A DNA stretch of 64,000 nucleotides from Mobula hypostoma (GCF_963921235.1 NC_086109.1:34722001-34786000), one strand, 5' to 3'. Shown: positions 1 through 12,684, numbered from the stretch's first letter. The notes: generated by a model not told the origin, from the letters alone. Numbers and translations: made by a program.

Positions 1-1872
1 GAAAGGAGCTTAAGAAGGGGCTGAGAAGAGCAAGAAGGGGGCATGAGAAGGCCTTGGCGAGTAGGGTAAAGGAAAACCCCAAGGCATTCTTCAATTATGT
101 GAAGAACAAAGGATGACAGGAGTGAAGGTAGAACCGATTAGAGATAAAGGCGGGAAGATGTGCCTGGAGGCTGTGGAAGTGACCGAGGTCCTCAATGAGT
201 ACTTCTCTTTGGTATTCACCAATGAGAGGGAACTTGACGGTGAGGACAATATGAGTGAGGTTGATGTTCTGGAGCATGTTGATATTGAGGAAGAGGAGGT
301 GTTGGAGTTGTTAAGATACATTAGGATGGATAGGTCCCTGGTGGAATATTCCCCAGCTGCTCCATGAGGCGAGGGAAGAGATTGCTGAGCCTCTGGCTAG
401 GATCTTTATGTCCTCGTTGTCCATGGGAATGGTATCGGAGGATTGGAGGGAGGCGAATGTTGTCCCCTTGTTCAAAAAGGTAGTAGGGATAGTCCGGGTA
501 ATTATAGACCAGTGAGCCTTACGTCTGTGGTGGGAAAGCTGTTGGAAAAGATTCTTAGAGGTAGGATCTATGGGCATTTAGAGAATCATGGTCTGATCAG
601 GCACTGTCAGCATGGCTTTGTGAAGAGCAGATCGTGTCTAACAAGCCTGATCGAGTTCTTTGAGGAGGTGAACAGACATATAGATGTCGGTAGTGTAGTG
701 GATGTGATCTACATGGATTTTAGCAAGGCATTTGACAAGGTTCCACACGGTAGGCTTATTCAGAAAGTCAGAAGGCATGGGATCCAGGGAAGTTTGGCCA
801 GGTGGATTCAGAATTGGCTTGCCTGCAGAAAGCAGAGGGTCGTGGTGGAGGGAGTACATTCAGATTGGAGGGTTGTGACTAGTGGTGTCCCACAAGGATT
901 GGTTCTGGGACATCTACGATTCGTGATTTTTATTAATGACCTGGATGTGGGGGTAGAAGGGTGGGTTGGCAAGTTTGCAGATGACACAAAAATTGGTGGT
1001 GTTGTAGATAGTGTGGAGGATTGTTGAATATTGCAGAGAGACATTTATAAGATGCAGAAGTGGGCTGAGAAGTGGCAGATGGAGTTCAACCCAGAGAAGT
1101 GTGAGGTGGTATACTTTGGAAGGACAAACTCCAAGGCAGAGTACAAAGTAAATGGCAGGATACTTGGTAGTGTAGAGGAGCAGAGGGATCTGGGGTACAT
1201 GTCGACAGATCCCTGAAAGTTGCCTCACAGGTAGATAGGGTAGTTAAGAAAGTTTATGGAGTGTTAGCTTTCATAAGTCGAGGGATAGAGTTTAAGAGTC
1301 GTGAGGCAATGATGCAGCTCTATAAAACTCTGGTTAGGCCACACTTGGAGTACTGTGTCCAATTCTGGTCGCCTCACTATAGGAAGGATGTGGAAGCATT
1401 GGAAAGGGTACAGAGGAGATTTACCAGGATGCTGCCTGGTTTAGAGAGTATGCATTATGATCAGAGATTAAGGGAGCTAGGGCTTTACTCTTTGGAGAGA
1501 AGGAGGATGAGAGGAGACATGATAGAGGTATACAAGATATTAAGAGGAATAGATAGAGTGGACAGCCAGCGCCTCTTCTCCAGTGCACCATTGCTCAATA
1601 CAAGAGGACATAGCTTCAGGTGAGGGGTGGGAAGTTCAAAGAGGATATTAGAGGAAGGTTTTTCACTCAGAGAGTGGCTGGTGTGTGGAATGCACGGCCT
1701 GAGGCAGTGGTGGAGGCAGATACACTAGTGAAATTAAAAGACTACTAGATAGGTATATGGAGGAATTTAAGGTGGGTGTTATATGCGAGGCAGGGTTTAA
1801 GGGTCGGCACAACATTTTGGGCTGAAGGGCCTGTACTGTGCTGTACTATTCTATGTTCTATGTTCTATGTTT
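1..1872 (+). mobile_element. CR1-clade LINE copy 1 (runs off window start), disrupted RT
   Basis: ORF pieces contain [56 protein letters not shown]. In-frame TGA at 1025-1027 plus frameshifts. Ends in a (CTATGTT)n tail at ~1851-1872. Confidence 0.95.
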
Positions 1873-2405
1873 TATGAAATGCTTTGGCCTTTGTGCTCAG
1901 GGTTGAAGTAGAGTTAGTGATGTTTTGATATACAGAGAACAATCTTTAACTGTAATATTTGTACAAATATTTTGCTGTTATTCAATAAAATTCTATGCTA
2001 ATTGAGATCTAAGTGTTAGCTGCATTGACATTAGGTGATTGAGACAATTCTTTTCTGCCTCAAAATCATTAGCGTGGCTTCTCCTGGAACTTATATATTC
2101 ACAAATAAAACATATTTTCATAATATACTGCAGTTAAGTATTTGGTTAATTCACAGATAAAACGCTGTGACGTTACAACTGTTTAATCAGTTGCACTGAC
2201 AGCATAGAAGGAGATCTACTCCATGTGTTATCAGTAGATAAGAGACTGAGGAGATAATGAGTCAGAAACCTGCCTTTGGCTGGTGCTAAAAGCCCATAAC
2301 ATTATCACCATTGGTCATACACATTTCTTGCACCTTCCCTTCTGCTAAAGTTGCTGAACAAACTTTTAAACAATAAAGGTGAACAAAAGAACATCAATTT
2401 CTCTC

Positions 2406-3386
2406 CAAGTCAAAGTCAAAGTAAATCTATTATCAAAGTGCATATCTATTGTCATATATTATTCTGAGATGCATTTTCTTGCAGGATAATACAAGAATAA
2501 AATAGAATTTATGAAAACCTATAGGTCTATAAAGAATGACAAACAACCCGATGTGCAATAGAAAATATGCAAATAAGAAAATAATACTGAGAACATGAGT
2601 TGTGGAGTCCTTGAAAATGAATCTGTGGGCTGTGGAAATGGTTCAGAGTTCTGATGAGTGAAGTTACCCATGCCAGTTCAGGAGCCTGATAGTTGTAGGC
2701 CAATAACTGTTTCTGAACCCGCCAATGTGGATCTAAGGCGCCTGCCCTTCCTTCTCGATGGTAGTGGTAGGAAGAGAGCACGGTCTGGATGGTGGGGGCC
2801 CTTGATAATGGATGCTGTTTTCTTGTAATTGTGGTCCATGTAGCTATGCTCAATGGCGAGAAGAGCATTGCCTATGATGGGCTCAGCTGTATCCACCACT
2901 TTCTGTTCATTTTTTCCATTCCTGGGCTTTGGTTTTTCCAAACCAAGCCATGATGCAACTAATTAGGATACTCGCCACTGTGTATCTATAGAGGTTTGAC
3001 AAAATTCTAGGTGAGATGCCAAATCTACACAGTCTTCTGAGAAAATTAAAGCACTGCCTTGCCTCCTTTGTGATAGCACTTGCGTGCTGGTCCCAGAAAA
3101 GATCTTCTCATATGATAAAACCAAGGAATTTAATGTTACTGACCCTCTCCACTTCTGATACCCTGATGAGGACTGCTCCTGGACCTCTGGTTTTCTCCTC
3201 CTGCAGTCAATAATCAGCTTATTCTTTTTGCTGATGTTGAGTGAGAGATTGTTCTGGCACCATTCAACCAGATTTTGAGTCTCCCTCCTATATGCTGATT
3301 TGTCACCACTTTTGATTCAGCCAACAACAGTGATATCATCGGCAACCTTAAACATGGCGTTGGAACTGTACTTAGACACGCAATCA
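2406..3386 (-). mobile_element. Rex1/Babar-type LINE 3' fragment
   Basis: Minus strand reads SKYSSNAMFKVADDITVVG (RT FADD motif) and IIKGPHHPDRALFLPLPS (Rex1-like C-terminus). (TTTGAC)n-like tail at 2406-2421. Confidence 0.8.
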
Positions 3387-3440
3387 CATTACATCAATAT
3401 GAATCATTTTGTAATTTGGGAAATTACTTCTGCTAATTTT

Positions 3441-3624
3441 CCATGCCTTGTGTGTGGAAACGTTGCTGTTTCTTTAGCATTTTTGTCTGTTTTTTACGAG
3501 ACCGGGTTGCTAGATTGACGCTCAACCCAGCACAGATGGAAAGTGTACAAGGAGCTGGCCGGATTCGAACCTGGGACCACTCGCCTCGAAATACAGTACA
3601 GATGCTACTTCACTAATGGCTGGC
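3441..3624 (-). mobile_element. tRNA-derived SINE (family A)
   Basis: Minus strand has a B-box GGTTCGAATCC about 50 nt from the head. Aligns along its length with 46309-46518. Confidence 0.75.
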
Positions 3625-4389
3625 ATGTAAGTGGGAGTCTAGGAAAAAGAAATTGCAGTCTGAACTGTAGTCTCAAGTGATTTTTAGGAAACCTTTATCA
3701 CTTTAACACACAAAGACTAGTTGAAGGTTATGCTTCTGTTCTTGCTTGTATTAATTGTTAATCTTAAATATACAACTGGTAACCTTTGTTGACAAAACAC
3801 TTTTTATTCAGCAAAGCAGGTTATGTGGAATTAGTCACAAAATATATTTATAATCTGATTGATTAATAGAACATAGTTATATAGTGCACCATCCTCACAT
3901 ATTCTTGTACTCTATGCTTATATGCTTAACAATTAAGTCGAAATTTTTTGATTCAAGTAACTGTATCAGAAATGTAATCTATGATCCTAACATGCATCTA
4001 AAATATGGGCAAGTTGTTTTCACTCTGTAAACTACTCTTATTAATTTTATCTTTTCTAATGCATTAAAGATACAATCCAAATGTTCTTAGTAAATACAGT
4101 ACATTCCGTACTGGAGATAAACTTTTTTTTAGGAATGGATAAATAAATTACAATTTTTTTGAATTTTTAAATAGAAACATAGATCCTAGTGGCAGAGAGA
4201 GAGAGAGCAAAGAATAAAACAATTGGTTCATTCAATATTAACCAGTTGAAAAAACAGTATCCAATTGTAAATGGTTTCAGAGTTTGTGGTCCAAAGCATG
4301 TCTGTTAAAGCATATCAAATGTTCAGCTAAGTAATTTTAAAGTACTTCCACCCTTAAATGTAGAGAGCCCCATGACTTCCCTCATATAT

Positions 4390-4650
4390 TAGGTGAAATA
4401 TCTTTTAAACATTACCTTTTCAATATTTTTCTGAAATTCTTATCCTCTAGATTTTGATTTCCCTGATCAGGGGAAGTGTACTTTCATACTTGCGCTAACC
4501 AGGTCCGTCACCACTTTATGCTATTCAGTTAATCATTTTTTCCAAGCCTTTCAAACCTTCGATAAAACTAAACTTCTCTCATCTTGTCCAAATCATTGTG
4601 TGCCTCGTTGTTTTCTCACATCCCTACTGCAAAGTGGTGGCCAGACGGTC
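4390..4650 (-). mobile_element. Highly decayed CR1 fragment
   Basis: Weak resemblance to the antisense CR1 3' region. Confidence 0.35.
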
Positions 4651-5039
4651 TCTCTAATTTGTTGCACATCACACCACAAGTATGTGTGTCAGTGAGCCAA
4701 GGAACACGAATGAATAATGTTGCAAAATGGAGTTAGACTGCATTGCAACAGATATAGTTCTGCTGATGATATTAGATGCTTAAAAAAACCTCTGATAATA
4801 ACTGAATAAACCTTCCAAGTGGTAAAACCTTCTGCAAAACCTTCATTTTTTGGTAATATGATTGAGTTTCCATTCAGTATCTCTTACCACTGTGTCCAAC
4901 CATTTACTTTCATCCTGCCTTGCTTTCATTGTAAGCTGCCATTGTCTACATTGTAAAATGTAGACATTTTGCTATTGAACATTTTTTGAGATTACATAAT
5001 TTGAATTTTCCTTGACGTTGAAGGTAAAATAATAACAAT

Positions 5040-5671
5040 GTAAGATTTCATCATTGACTGCCAGCCTCATCTGTTTGGTGGAACTGGTTCTAACACAACT
5101 TCTTTTTTCGCTCGTCCCTCTTTCTCCAAACCAAAGGTGAAGCCATGGGAATTTGCATCTGGCCAGCTATGCCTACCATTTCGTAGGCCACATGAAATAA
5201 TTTATGCTCCAAACCTACACTGGTAATAGTCCTCAACTTTTCTCCACTACAGTGACAACTGCATTGACGCTGCCTCCTGAACCAATGTTGAACTTGTCAA
5301 TTTTATTTACCACCACCAACATATACTCAAGCATTCAAATTCATTTGGTCCATCTTTGACACCTCTTTCCTCTTTCTTGATCTCTCTGCCTCCATCTCCA
5401 GAGAAAGATTATCTACTGTCATCTTTTACAAACCCACTGACTCCCACAGTTACTTTGACTGCACTCCTTCCCTTCCTGTCACTTACAAGGATGCAACTCC
5501 CTTTTCTTAGTTCTTCTATCTCCATTGCATCTGTCCTCATGATGGGACTTTCCATTTTAGGATATCTGTGATGTTCTCTTTTATGATAAAATGAGAACTC
5601 CCCACCACTGCTATCAATGCAGCCCTCACGCAATCATTATCCACAAGATTCCACATCCAACATATCATTCT
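5040..5671 (+). mobile_element. Penelope-like element, decayed RT region (5' part, split by CR1 copy 2)
   Basis: Translates to LQTKGEAMG..SYA..FVG, FLHYSDNCI (YIDD position decayed), KFIWSIFDTSFLFLDLSASIS..LSTVIFYKPTDSHSYFD, and HIQHIIL. These are typical PLE RT/thumb motifs. Confidence 0.85.
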
Positions 5672-8592
5672 GGTAATAGTAACACAGAGAGGCTTTGAGG
5701 AAAGAGAAGCAGAATAAATGGTGTAAGGAGAGTAAGGTAGAAGGGCTGAAATGTGTATACCTCAATGCAAGAAGCATCAGGAACAAAGGTGATGAACTGA
5801 GAGCTTGGATACATACATGGAATTATGATGTAGTGGCCATTACAGAGACTTGGCTGGCACCAGGGCAGCAATGGATTCTCAATATTCCTGGATTTCAGTG
5901 CTTTAAAAGGGATAGAGAGGGCGGAAAAAGGGGAGGAGGGGTGGCATTACTGGTCAGGGATACTATTACAGCTACAGAAAGGGTGGGTAATGTAGCAGGA
6001 TCCTCTTTTGAGTCAATATGGATGGAAGTCAGGAACAGGAAGGGAGCAGTTACTCTACTGGGGGTATTCTATAGGCCCCCTGGTAGCAGCAGAGATACAG
6101 AGGAGCAGATTGGGAGGCAGATTTTGGAAAGGTGCAAAAATAACAGGGTTGTTATCATGGGTGACTTTAACTTCCCTAATATTGATTGGCACCTGATCAG
6201 TTCCAAGGGTTTAGATGGGGCAGAATTTGTTAAGTGTGTCCAGGATGGATTCCTGTCACAGTATGTGGACAGGCCGACCAGGAGGAATGCCATACTAGAT
6301 CTAGTACTAAGTAATGAACCGGGTCAGGTCACAGATCTCTCAGTGGGTGAGCATCTGGGGGACAGTGACCACCGCTCCCTGGCCTTTATAATTATCATGG
6401 AAAAGGATAGAATCAAAGAGGACAGGAAAATTTTTAATTGGGGAAAGGCAAATTATGAGGCTATAAGGCTAGAACTTACGGGTGTGAATTGGGATGATGT
6501 TTTTGCAGGGAAATGTACTATGGACATGTGGTCGATGTTTAGAGATCTCTTGCGGGATGTAAGGGATAAATATGTCCTGGTGAGGAAGATAAAGAATGGT
6601 AGGGTGAAGGAACCATGGGTGACAAGTGAGGTGGAAAATCTAGTCAGGAGGAAGAAGGCAGCATACATGAGGTTTAGGAAGCAAGGATCAGCTGGGTCTA
6701 TTGAGGGATATAGGGAAGTAAGAAAGGAGCTTAAGAAGGGGCTGAGAAGAGCAAGAAGGGGGCATGAGAAGGCCTTGGCGAGTAAGGTAATGGAAAACCC
6801 CAAGGCATTCTTCAATTATGTGAAGAACAAAAGGATGACAGGAGTGAAGGTAGGACCGATTAGAGATAAAGGTGGGAAGATGTGCCTGGAGGCTGTGGAA
6901 GTGAGCGAGGTCCTCAATGAATACTTCTCTTCGGTATTCACCAATGAGAGGGAACTTGATGACGGTGAGGACAATATGAGTGAGGTTGATGTTCTGGAGC
7001 ATGCTGATATTAAGGGACAGGAGGTGTTGGAGTTGTTAAAATACATTAGGACAGATAAGTCCCCGGGGCCTGGCGGAATATTCCCCAGACTGCTCCACGA
7101 GGCAAGAGAAGAGATTGCTGAGCCTCTGGCTAGGATCTTTATGTCCTCGTTGTCCATGGGAATGGTACCGGAGGATTGGATGTTGTTCCCTTGTTCAAAA
7201 AAGGTAGTAGGGATAGTCTGGGTAATTATAGACCAGTGAGCCTTACGTCTGTGGTGGGAAAGCTGTTGGAAAAGATTCTTAACGATAGGATCTATAGGCA
7301 TTTAGAGAATCATGGTCTGATCAGGGACAGTCAGCATGGCTTCGTGAAGGGCAGATTGTGTCTAACAAGCCTGATAGAGTTCTTTGAGGAGGTGACCAGG
7401 CATATAGATGAGGGTAGTGCAGTGGATGTGATCTATATGGATTTTAGTAAGGCATTTGACAAGGTTCCACACGGTAGGCTTATTCAGAAAGTTAGAAGGC
7501 ATGGGATCCAGGGAAGTTTGGCCAGGTGGATTCAGAATTGGCTTGCCTGCGTAAGGCAGAGGGTGGTGGTGGAGGGAGTACATTCAGATTGGAGGATTGT
7601 GACTAGTGGTGTCCCACAAGGATTGGTTCTGGGACCTCTACTTTTCGTGATTTTTATTAACGACCTGGATGTGGGGGTAGAAGGGTGGGTTGGCAAGTTT
7701 GCAGACGCCACAAAGGTTGGTGGTGTTGTAGATAGTGTAGAGGATTGTCAAAGATTGCAGAGAGACATTGATAGGATGCAGAAGTGGGCTGAGAAGTGGC
7801 AGATGGAGTTCAACCCAGAGAAGTGTGAGGTGGTACACTTTGGAAGGACAAACTCCAAGGCAGAGTACAAAGTAAATGGCAGGATACTTGGTAGTGTGGA
7901 GGAGCAGAGGGATCTCGAGGTAAATGTCCACAGATCCCTGAAAGTTGCCTCACAGGTGGATAGGGTAGTTAAGAAAGCTTATGGGGTGTTAGCTTTCATA
8001 AGTCGAGGGATAGAGTTTAAGAGTCGCGATGTAATGATGCAGCTCTATAAAACTCTGGTTAGGCCACACTAGGAGTATTGTGTCCAGTTCTGGTCACCTC
8101 ACTATAGGAAGGATATGGAAGCATTGGAAAGGGTACAGAGGAGATTTACCAGGATGCTGCCTGGTTTAGAAAGTATACATTATGATCAGAGATTCAGGGA
8201 GCTAGGGCTTTACTCTTTGGAGAGAAGGAGGATGAGAGGAGACATGATAGAGGTGTACAAGATAATAAAAGGAATAGATAGAGTGGATAGCCAGCGCCTC
8301 TTCCCCAGGGCACCACTGCTCAATACAAGAGGACATGGCTTTAAGGTAAGGGGTGGGAAGTTCAAGGGGGATATTAGAGGAAGGTTTTTTACTCAGAGAG
8401 TGGTTGGTGCGTGGAATGCACTGCCTGAGTCAGTGGTGGAGGCAGATACACTAGCGAAGTTTAAGAGACTACTAGACAGATATATGGAGGAATCTAAGAT
8501 GGGGGCTTATATGGGAGGCAGGGTTTGAGGGTCGGTACAACATTGTGGGCCGAAGGCCCTGTACTGTGCTGTACTATTCTATATCTATATCT
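5672..8592 (+). mobile_element. CR1-clade LINE copy 2, whole ORF2 region plus 3' UTR, ORF1 absent
   Basis: APE endonuclease motifs (YLNARSI, ITETWL, GGGVALLV, MGDFNFP, ILDLV, SDH) are followed by RT and the CR1 3' end with a short repeat tail. Confidence 0.97.
5695..8528 (+). pseudogene. CR1 ORF2 (APE endonuclease + reverse transcriptase) pseudogene
   Basis: Three consecutive ORFs: 5695-7239, 7176-8072 and 8115-8528. A 10-bp deletion at ~7180 relative to copy 1 shifts the frame, TTG>TAG occurs at 8070-8072, and the catalytic FADD reads FADA. Confidence 0.92.
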
Positions 8593-9075
8593 ATTCTCTG
8601 TAACTCCCACCACTAGGAACATTGTTCCTTCCACTTTCTGCAGAGACTGTTCTCTCTGCAACTCCCTCATTCCTCTGGCCCCTTTACTCTTTCTCTTACC
8701 CCTCACCTATGCTCACAACCTATCCATTACACCTTCTTCGCTCTGGTTCTCCACCTCCTTTCCTTTATTCCTTGGTCCACTGTCCTCTCCTGTTATATTC
8801 CATCTTTTTTCATCTTCTTCCACCTACCACCTTCCAGCGTCTCACATCACTTCCACTTGACTCCTCCCTATCATGTCCATCTCACCTGAATTCACCTATC
8901 ACTCACTAGCTCATGCTCCGCTCCACGCCTTCCCCCCCATCATTTTATTCTGGCTGCTGCCCTCTTTCATTCCAGTCCTGATTTAGGATCTTGTCCTGAA
9001 ATGTCAGCTATTCATTTCCCTCCATCAGTGCTGCCTAACCTGCCGAGTTCCACCAGCATTGTTGTCTGTATTGAT
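8593..9075 (+). mobile_element. Penelope-like element 3' part with pyrimidine-rich terminus and decayed hammerhead motif
   Basis: Resumes with ILCNSHH / STFCRDCSLCNSL (PLE linker, AFRRDRSLRDSL-like). Ends with the terminal sequence shared by the dispersed copies (GCTGCCTAACCTGCCGAGTTCCACCAGCATT). Confidence 0.8.
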
Positions 9076-9820
9076 CTATGTTTATTGCTGCACCATACAT
9101 CTGGCAGAATTAATCACCTGAATGCACTTTGAATTGGGTGTAAAGAACATGATGTTCATTCTGATAACCTTTGGAATAGAAAGGAATCTCTGACTTTCTT
9201 AAATGCACCTTTGGAACAAGCATGAACTAAACTGTGCATTAACTCTGGACTGGCCAATGAAGAATGGAAAACAATGACCATTGATGAAAGGCTCTCTGAC
9301 TCGAAGTAATAACACTGTTTCTGACTTCAGATGTGGCTTGATCCAATACAAATATCCAGCATTTCCTTTTTAATCTGATAGTAATCTGGGAACGAGCCTG
9401 CAAGTGAAAAAAATTATAGCATGAACTGGAGGAAGATGCTTGTGTAGGTAATTTGTTGCTCATATCATTTACAATAGGTAAATGAAAGCGACTGTATACA
9501 GAAAGGAAATGACCAAAGTGAAGTTGTCCTTTGGCTTCAAATTCATCTTCTGGGCAAGCTGCAAGTGTCTGTTGGATTTTCATAACCAGTTCTCTTTATG
9601 AGAAGTTTAATTTTTTATTTGTAATTTGCAAGAGTATCTTTTCAGTCGTATAGCTCTGAAACATGCCCACTATGTCTCCATTGTCTACCAGAGGAGATGA
9701 TTGATCTGAACAAGCCCATCTCCTGCCTCATTAATTTGAACCATTCTCTTTCAGGATGCAACAGACTACAGATCTACATTAATTAGGCCTACCACCTGAC
9801 ATAGACCCTGCTTGGGAAAC

Positions 9821-10317
9821 TGTTTCATGGAAGCTGATTCAAGGATTTGGTAAGTGGGACAGAAGTCACAGATTGCAAGTAAGCACATTACCTATTTATT
9901 TATAAACCAACAGTGAAACACACAACAAAGCCTCTAAGTCAAACAAGCACTTAGCTAAGCCCCCCGCCAAGTTGCAAAAACTATGACACTAAACATTCAG
10001 TTACACTTCTAACTTGAACAAGTACTTTGTTGACTTCCAAGTTACACAACTACAATACCAACACTCAACAAACAGGTACCTATCTATGTGTGTGCATGTA
10101 CCCTCCTATCCGCAGCACATTTTTACAATGGTGCTTCAGCTTTGGTTGTGACTCAGTCTGAAGGGAGCCCTTAGCAAAAAAAAAGCCAGGAGCCAGTGCT
10201 GTTATGCAAAAGCTAGCCAAAAGGACAGAGCTGGTAGATTCTTTGAATGGGTCAATCAGCAGCTGGCATGGTGGAATTGGATATTAATCAGCAGGTAAGT
10301 TAACCCTTCACATTACA
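9821..10317 (-). repeat. 3' LTR
   Basis: TG...CA termini. On the minus strand it is preceded by the G10A purine tract. Confidence 0.78.
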
Positions 10318-10548
10318 TCCCCCCCCCCACCCCGACAGAAGCAATACTGTGACAATTCGGCCCTCAGGCTAGTATTACCTCCACGAACGTCCCATATAAA
10401 ATGTAAAAGAACAAAACCCAGTACTGTAAGCCCAATAGTCACTACCACTGTACTACGGTAGTCTACCAACCTCCTAGCAGCCCAAAAAGCCACCAACTTT
10501 CCCCTGGAGTGTAATAGCTTTGGAACAGGTCTCCCCTTCCTTAAGTAG

Positions 10549-10645
10549 CACACACAAAATGCTAGAGGAACTCAGCAGGCCAGGCAGCATCTATGGAAAA
10601 GAGTAAACAGTTGACTTTTTGGCTGAGGACTGTCCTGAAGAAGGA
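10549..10645 (-). mobile_element. Penelope-terminus short element (partial) inside the LTR element
   Basis: CACACAAAATGCTAGAGGAACTCAGCAGGCCAGGCAGCATCTATGG, shared with the other copies. Confidence 0.8.
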
Positions 10646-11358
10646 GACAGCTGCTGTGAGTGACGGTGTATGCTTATTCATCGTGTGCCATGTTCCATCT
10701 CTCTTCAGCCTGTGCTGTTTCAGGTGCGTGGGGGGGGGGGTGGGGTGAGTGATTATTTTGAAGGAGAATCATAGGATTCTGGTCTAGTCTTTCTTCCCCA
10801 TCATTACCACCCACCCAGATATACCGATTCTCTCACCTGTTGGTATCATCTCCCCATAGCATCAAGCCTCAGACTTTAACATGATCTGGTTGTCAATTAA
10901 CACATTGAGCTGCCTCTAACTGCTTCCGTTTCATTAGCTGACTGGTTGTCTCCATACCCTTGTTTTCTAGCTCTCTGGCCCACATCCATGTTGACTGTGC
11001 ATTTCCCACATTGTGATACAGCACCAGTACTGCACCTCCACTCATTCTTCAGACTCGGTGTCTCCTGCTCCCTCTGTGTGATCATCTCTTGCTGGTGCTA
11101 TACAATGGCTGTCAGCAACCCCTTATCTCCCCTTCTCTTCTGGAATTAACACAGACACAATGTGGTATTCGATCTTCTCCACGTGGGAGTCCAACTTGTC
11201 TGCACAATCCACCAGTGTGCTGTGGCCTACCAGCAGATTAGCGAGGCTGATGAACCCAGCACTGTTGTTGGTTCATCTTGGTAGTGCATACTCCTCATAC
11301 GAGGGGTCCCCTTGCTTGGTATTACCCTTGAACATTTTAAACTCTTGTTACACTCACT

Positions 11359-11378
11359 GAATCCTGCTGACTATGCCA
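11359..11378 (-). other. Primer binding site complementary to the tRNA-Ser 3' end
   Basis: Minus strand reads TGGCATAGTCAGCAGGATTC versus the expected TGGCGTAGTCGGCAGGATTC (two CpG-type changes). It lies 2 nt from the LTR edge. Confidence 0.8.
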
Positions 11379-11380
11379 AA

Positions 11381-11778
11381 TATTTTGTAGATGCAGATTC
11401 ATGGACTCAGGAAATAAGACAGAAGACACTAATATCGTGTAAGTATGTTAATTATTTTATTTACAAACAAAGTTTTGTGCTTTTGTTGGTGCGGGGGGGG
11501 AAGAGGAGGACAGACACTTTTGTGTGGGAGGGGGGTAGAGGGAGCTTTGCATTTCTGAAGTTTTCATTATTCATTCTTTGGGTTTTTATCTGTTTTGTGG
11601 ATGTCTGCAAAGAGCAAGAATTTCAGGTTGTATCCTAGATACATTCTTTGATATTAAATTGAACCTTTGAATCATTGAAACAGTGAAATACTTCAGTGCC
11701 ATTGTGCAAAAGTCAACTAGTGACCGGCATGGTCAAAGCAGCTTTCGACGGGTAAGTAAGTTAACCCTTTGTGTTACT
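11381..11778 (-). repeat. 5' LTR, internally deleted and interrupted
   Basis: 11381-11470 matches 9821-9910. AACAGTGAAA resumes at ~11679. The end TAAGTTAACCCTTTGTGTTAC matches TAAGTTAACCCTTCACATTAC. Confidence 0.72.
11471..11678 (+). mobile_element. LINE 3' UTR fragment (Rex1-like) inserted in the LTR
   Basis: GT-rich 3' UTR ending TCAGGTTGTAT..ACATTCTTTGATATTAAATTGAACCTTTGA, similar to the tail at 47860-47919. Confidence 0.55.
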
Positions 11779-12545
11779 GAAGCCATAAACTCTTCTTTTT
11801 CTCTTAATTAGAATCATTGCTCATGTTTCTGGGTAACTTAAGGTTAAAAGTTAATTTGGAGCCTTAAATGATGTGTAGGTAGGTTAGTTCGATTGCTTTT
11901 AATTGTAAACATATATATTGCTTTATATTCTAACTGATTATGAGAACATTCATTCGTATTTAATATTAATAGATGGAAAAGTGAGATTCTACTAGGCATA
12001 GGCATAATTTGGTTAATTACTTAACTAGTAGTTCCATGGTATACAAGAAGAGTGTTATATTGTGAATCCTAACAACTGTGCTTAAACACTGGTTTGATAC
12101 TTTGCAGTTTATTGTGAGCCATAATTCTCCAATCACATCCTCACTGATTTTGCAGTAGTGCTGGGAGTTTGTGAATGGCTCTTTGGTGAATTGGATAAAT
12201 TGGATTTCCAAAGATCATCCGTGTATCTTGGCGCTTTATATCTTCCGATGATAACTTGCGTATTACATGTTTATGTCAGAATTTGTCATATTAGAACTCG
12301 ATTGCCTCTCCTCCAGAGCAATGACTGAATGAGCTGAAGCTGTTGTTTTATGTTAGTCTGTTTCTTTTAAATCAAGTGCACGTATTTTCTACCAAAATAA
12401 TTTCATTTTCTGTGCTAATTATAAATCAAAAATGTTTCTGTGGAGACTAATTAAGATAGCTCCACAATGAGATGACCGTGTTTTATATTTGTTGCAGAGA
12501 ACAAAATAGAGCTTCAATTTTGCAATTGTAACAAGTATATTCTTC

Positions 12546-12684
12546 ATCAGTTCTGACGAAGAGACTTGGCCCAAAATGATGACTGCTTATTCCCATCCAT
12601 AGATGCTGCCTGATCTGCTGAGCTCCTCCAGCACATTGTCTGTATTCCTCTAGATTTCTAGCATCTGCAGTGCTCCTTGTGTCT
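12546..12684 (+). mobile_element. Penelope-terminus short element with decayed hammerhead
   Basis: CAGTT-CTGACGA-AGAGACTTGGCCC-AAAAT-GAT-GACTG followed by the shared terminus. Confidence 0.8.

Larger units (their letters stand above)
9821..11778 (-). mobile_element. Decayed non-autonomous LTR retrotransposon (Gypsy-like) with two LTRs
   Basis: LTR 9821-10317 (TG...CA) and LTR 11381-11778 align at both ends. PPT at 10318-10328, PBS at 11359-11378, flanks GAAAC and GAAGC. Confidence 0.8.

Noticed and set aside
6069..7931. Minus-strand ORFs repeated in CR1 copies 1-3
   Set aside because: They are antisense shadows of CR1 ORF2 and recur only because the copies are near-identical.
9239..9583. 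114-aa minus-strand ORF
   Set aside because: No motif, splice context or compositional support.
11359..11378. tRNA-Ser gene
   Set aside because: Only the 3' 20 nt including CCA are present, next to an LTR, so it is a PBS. SINE heads were likewise not called as tRNA genes.
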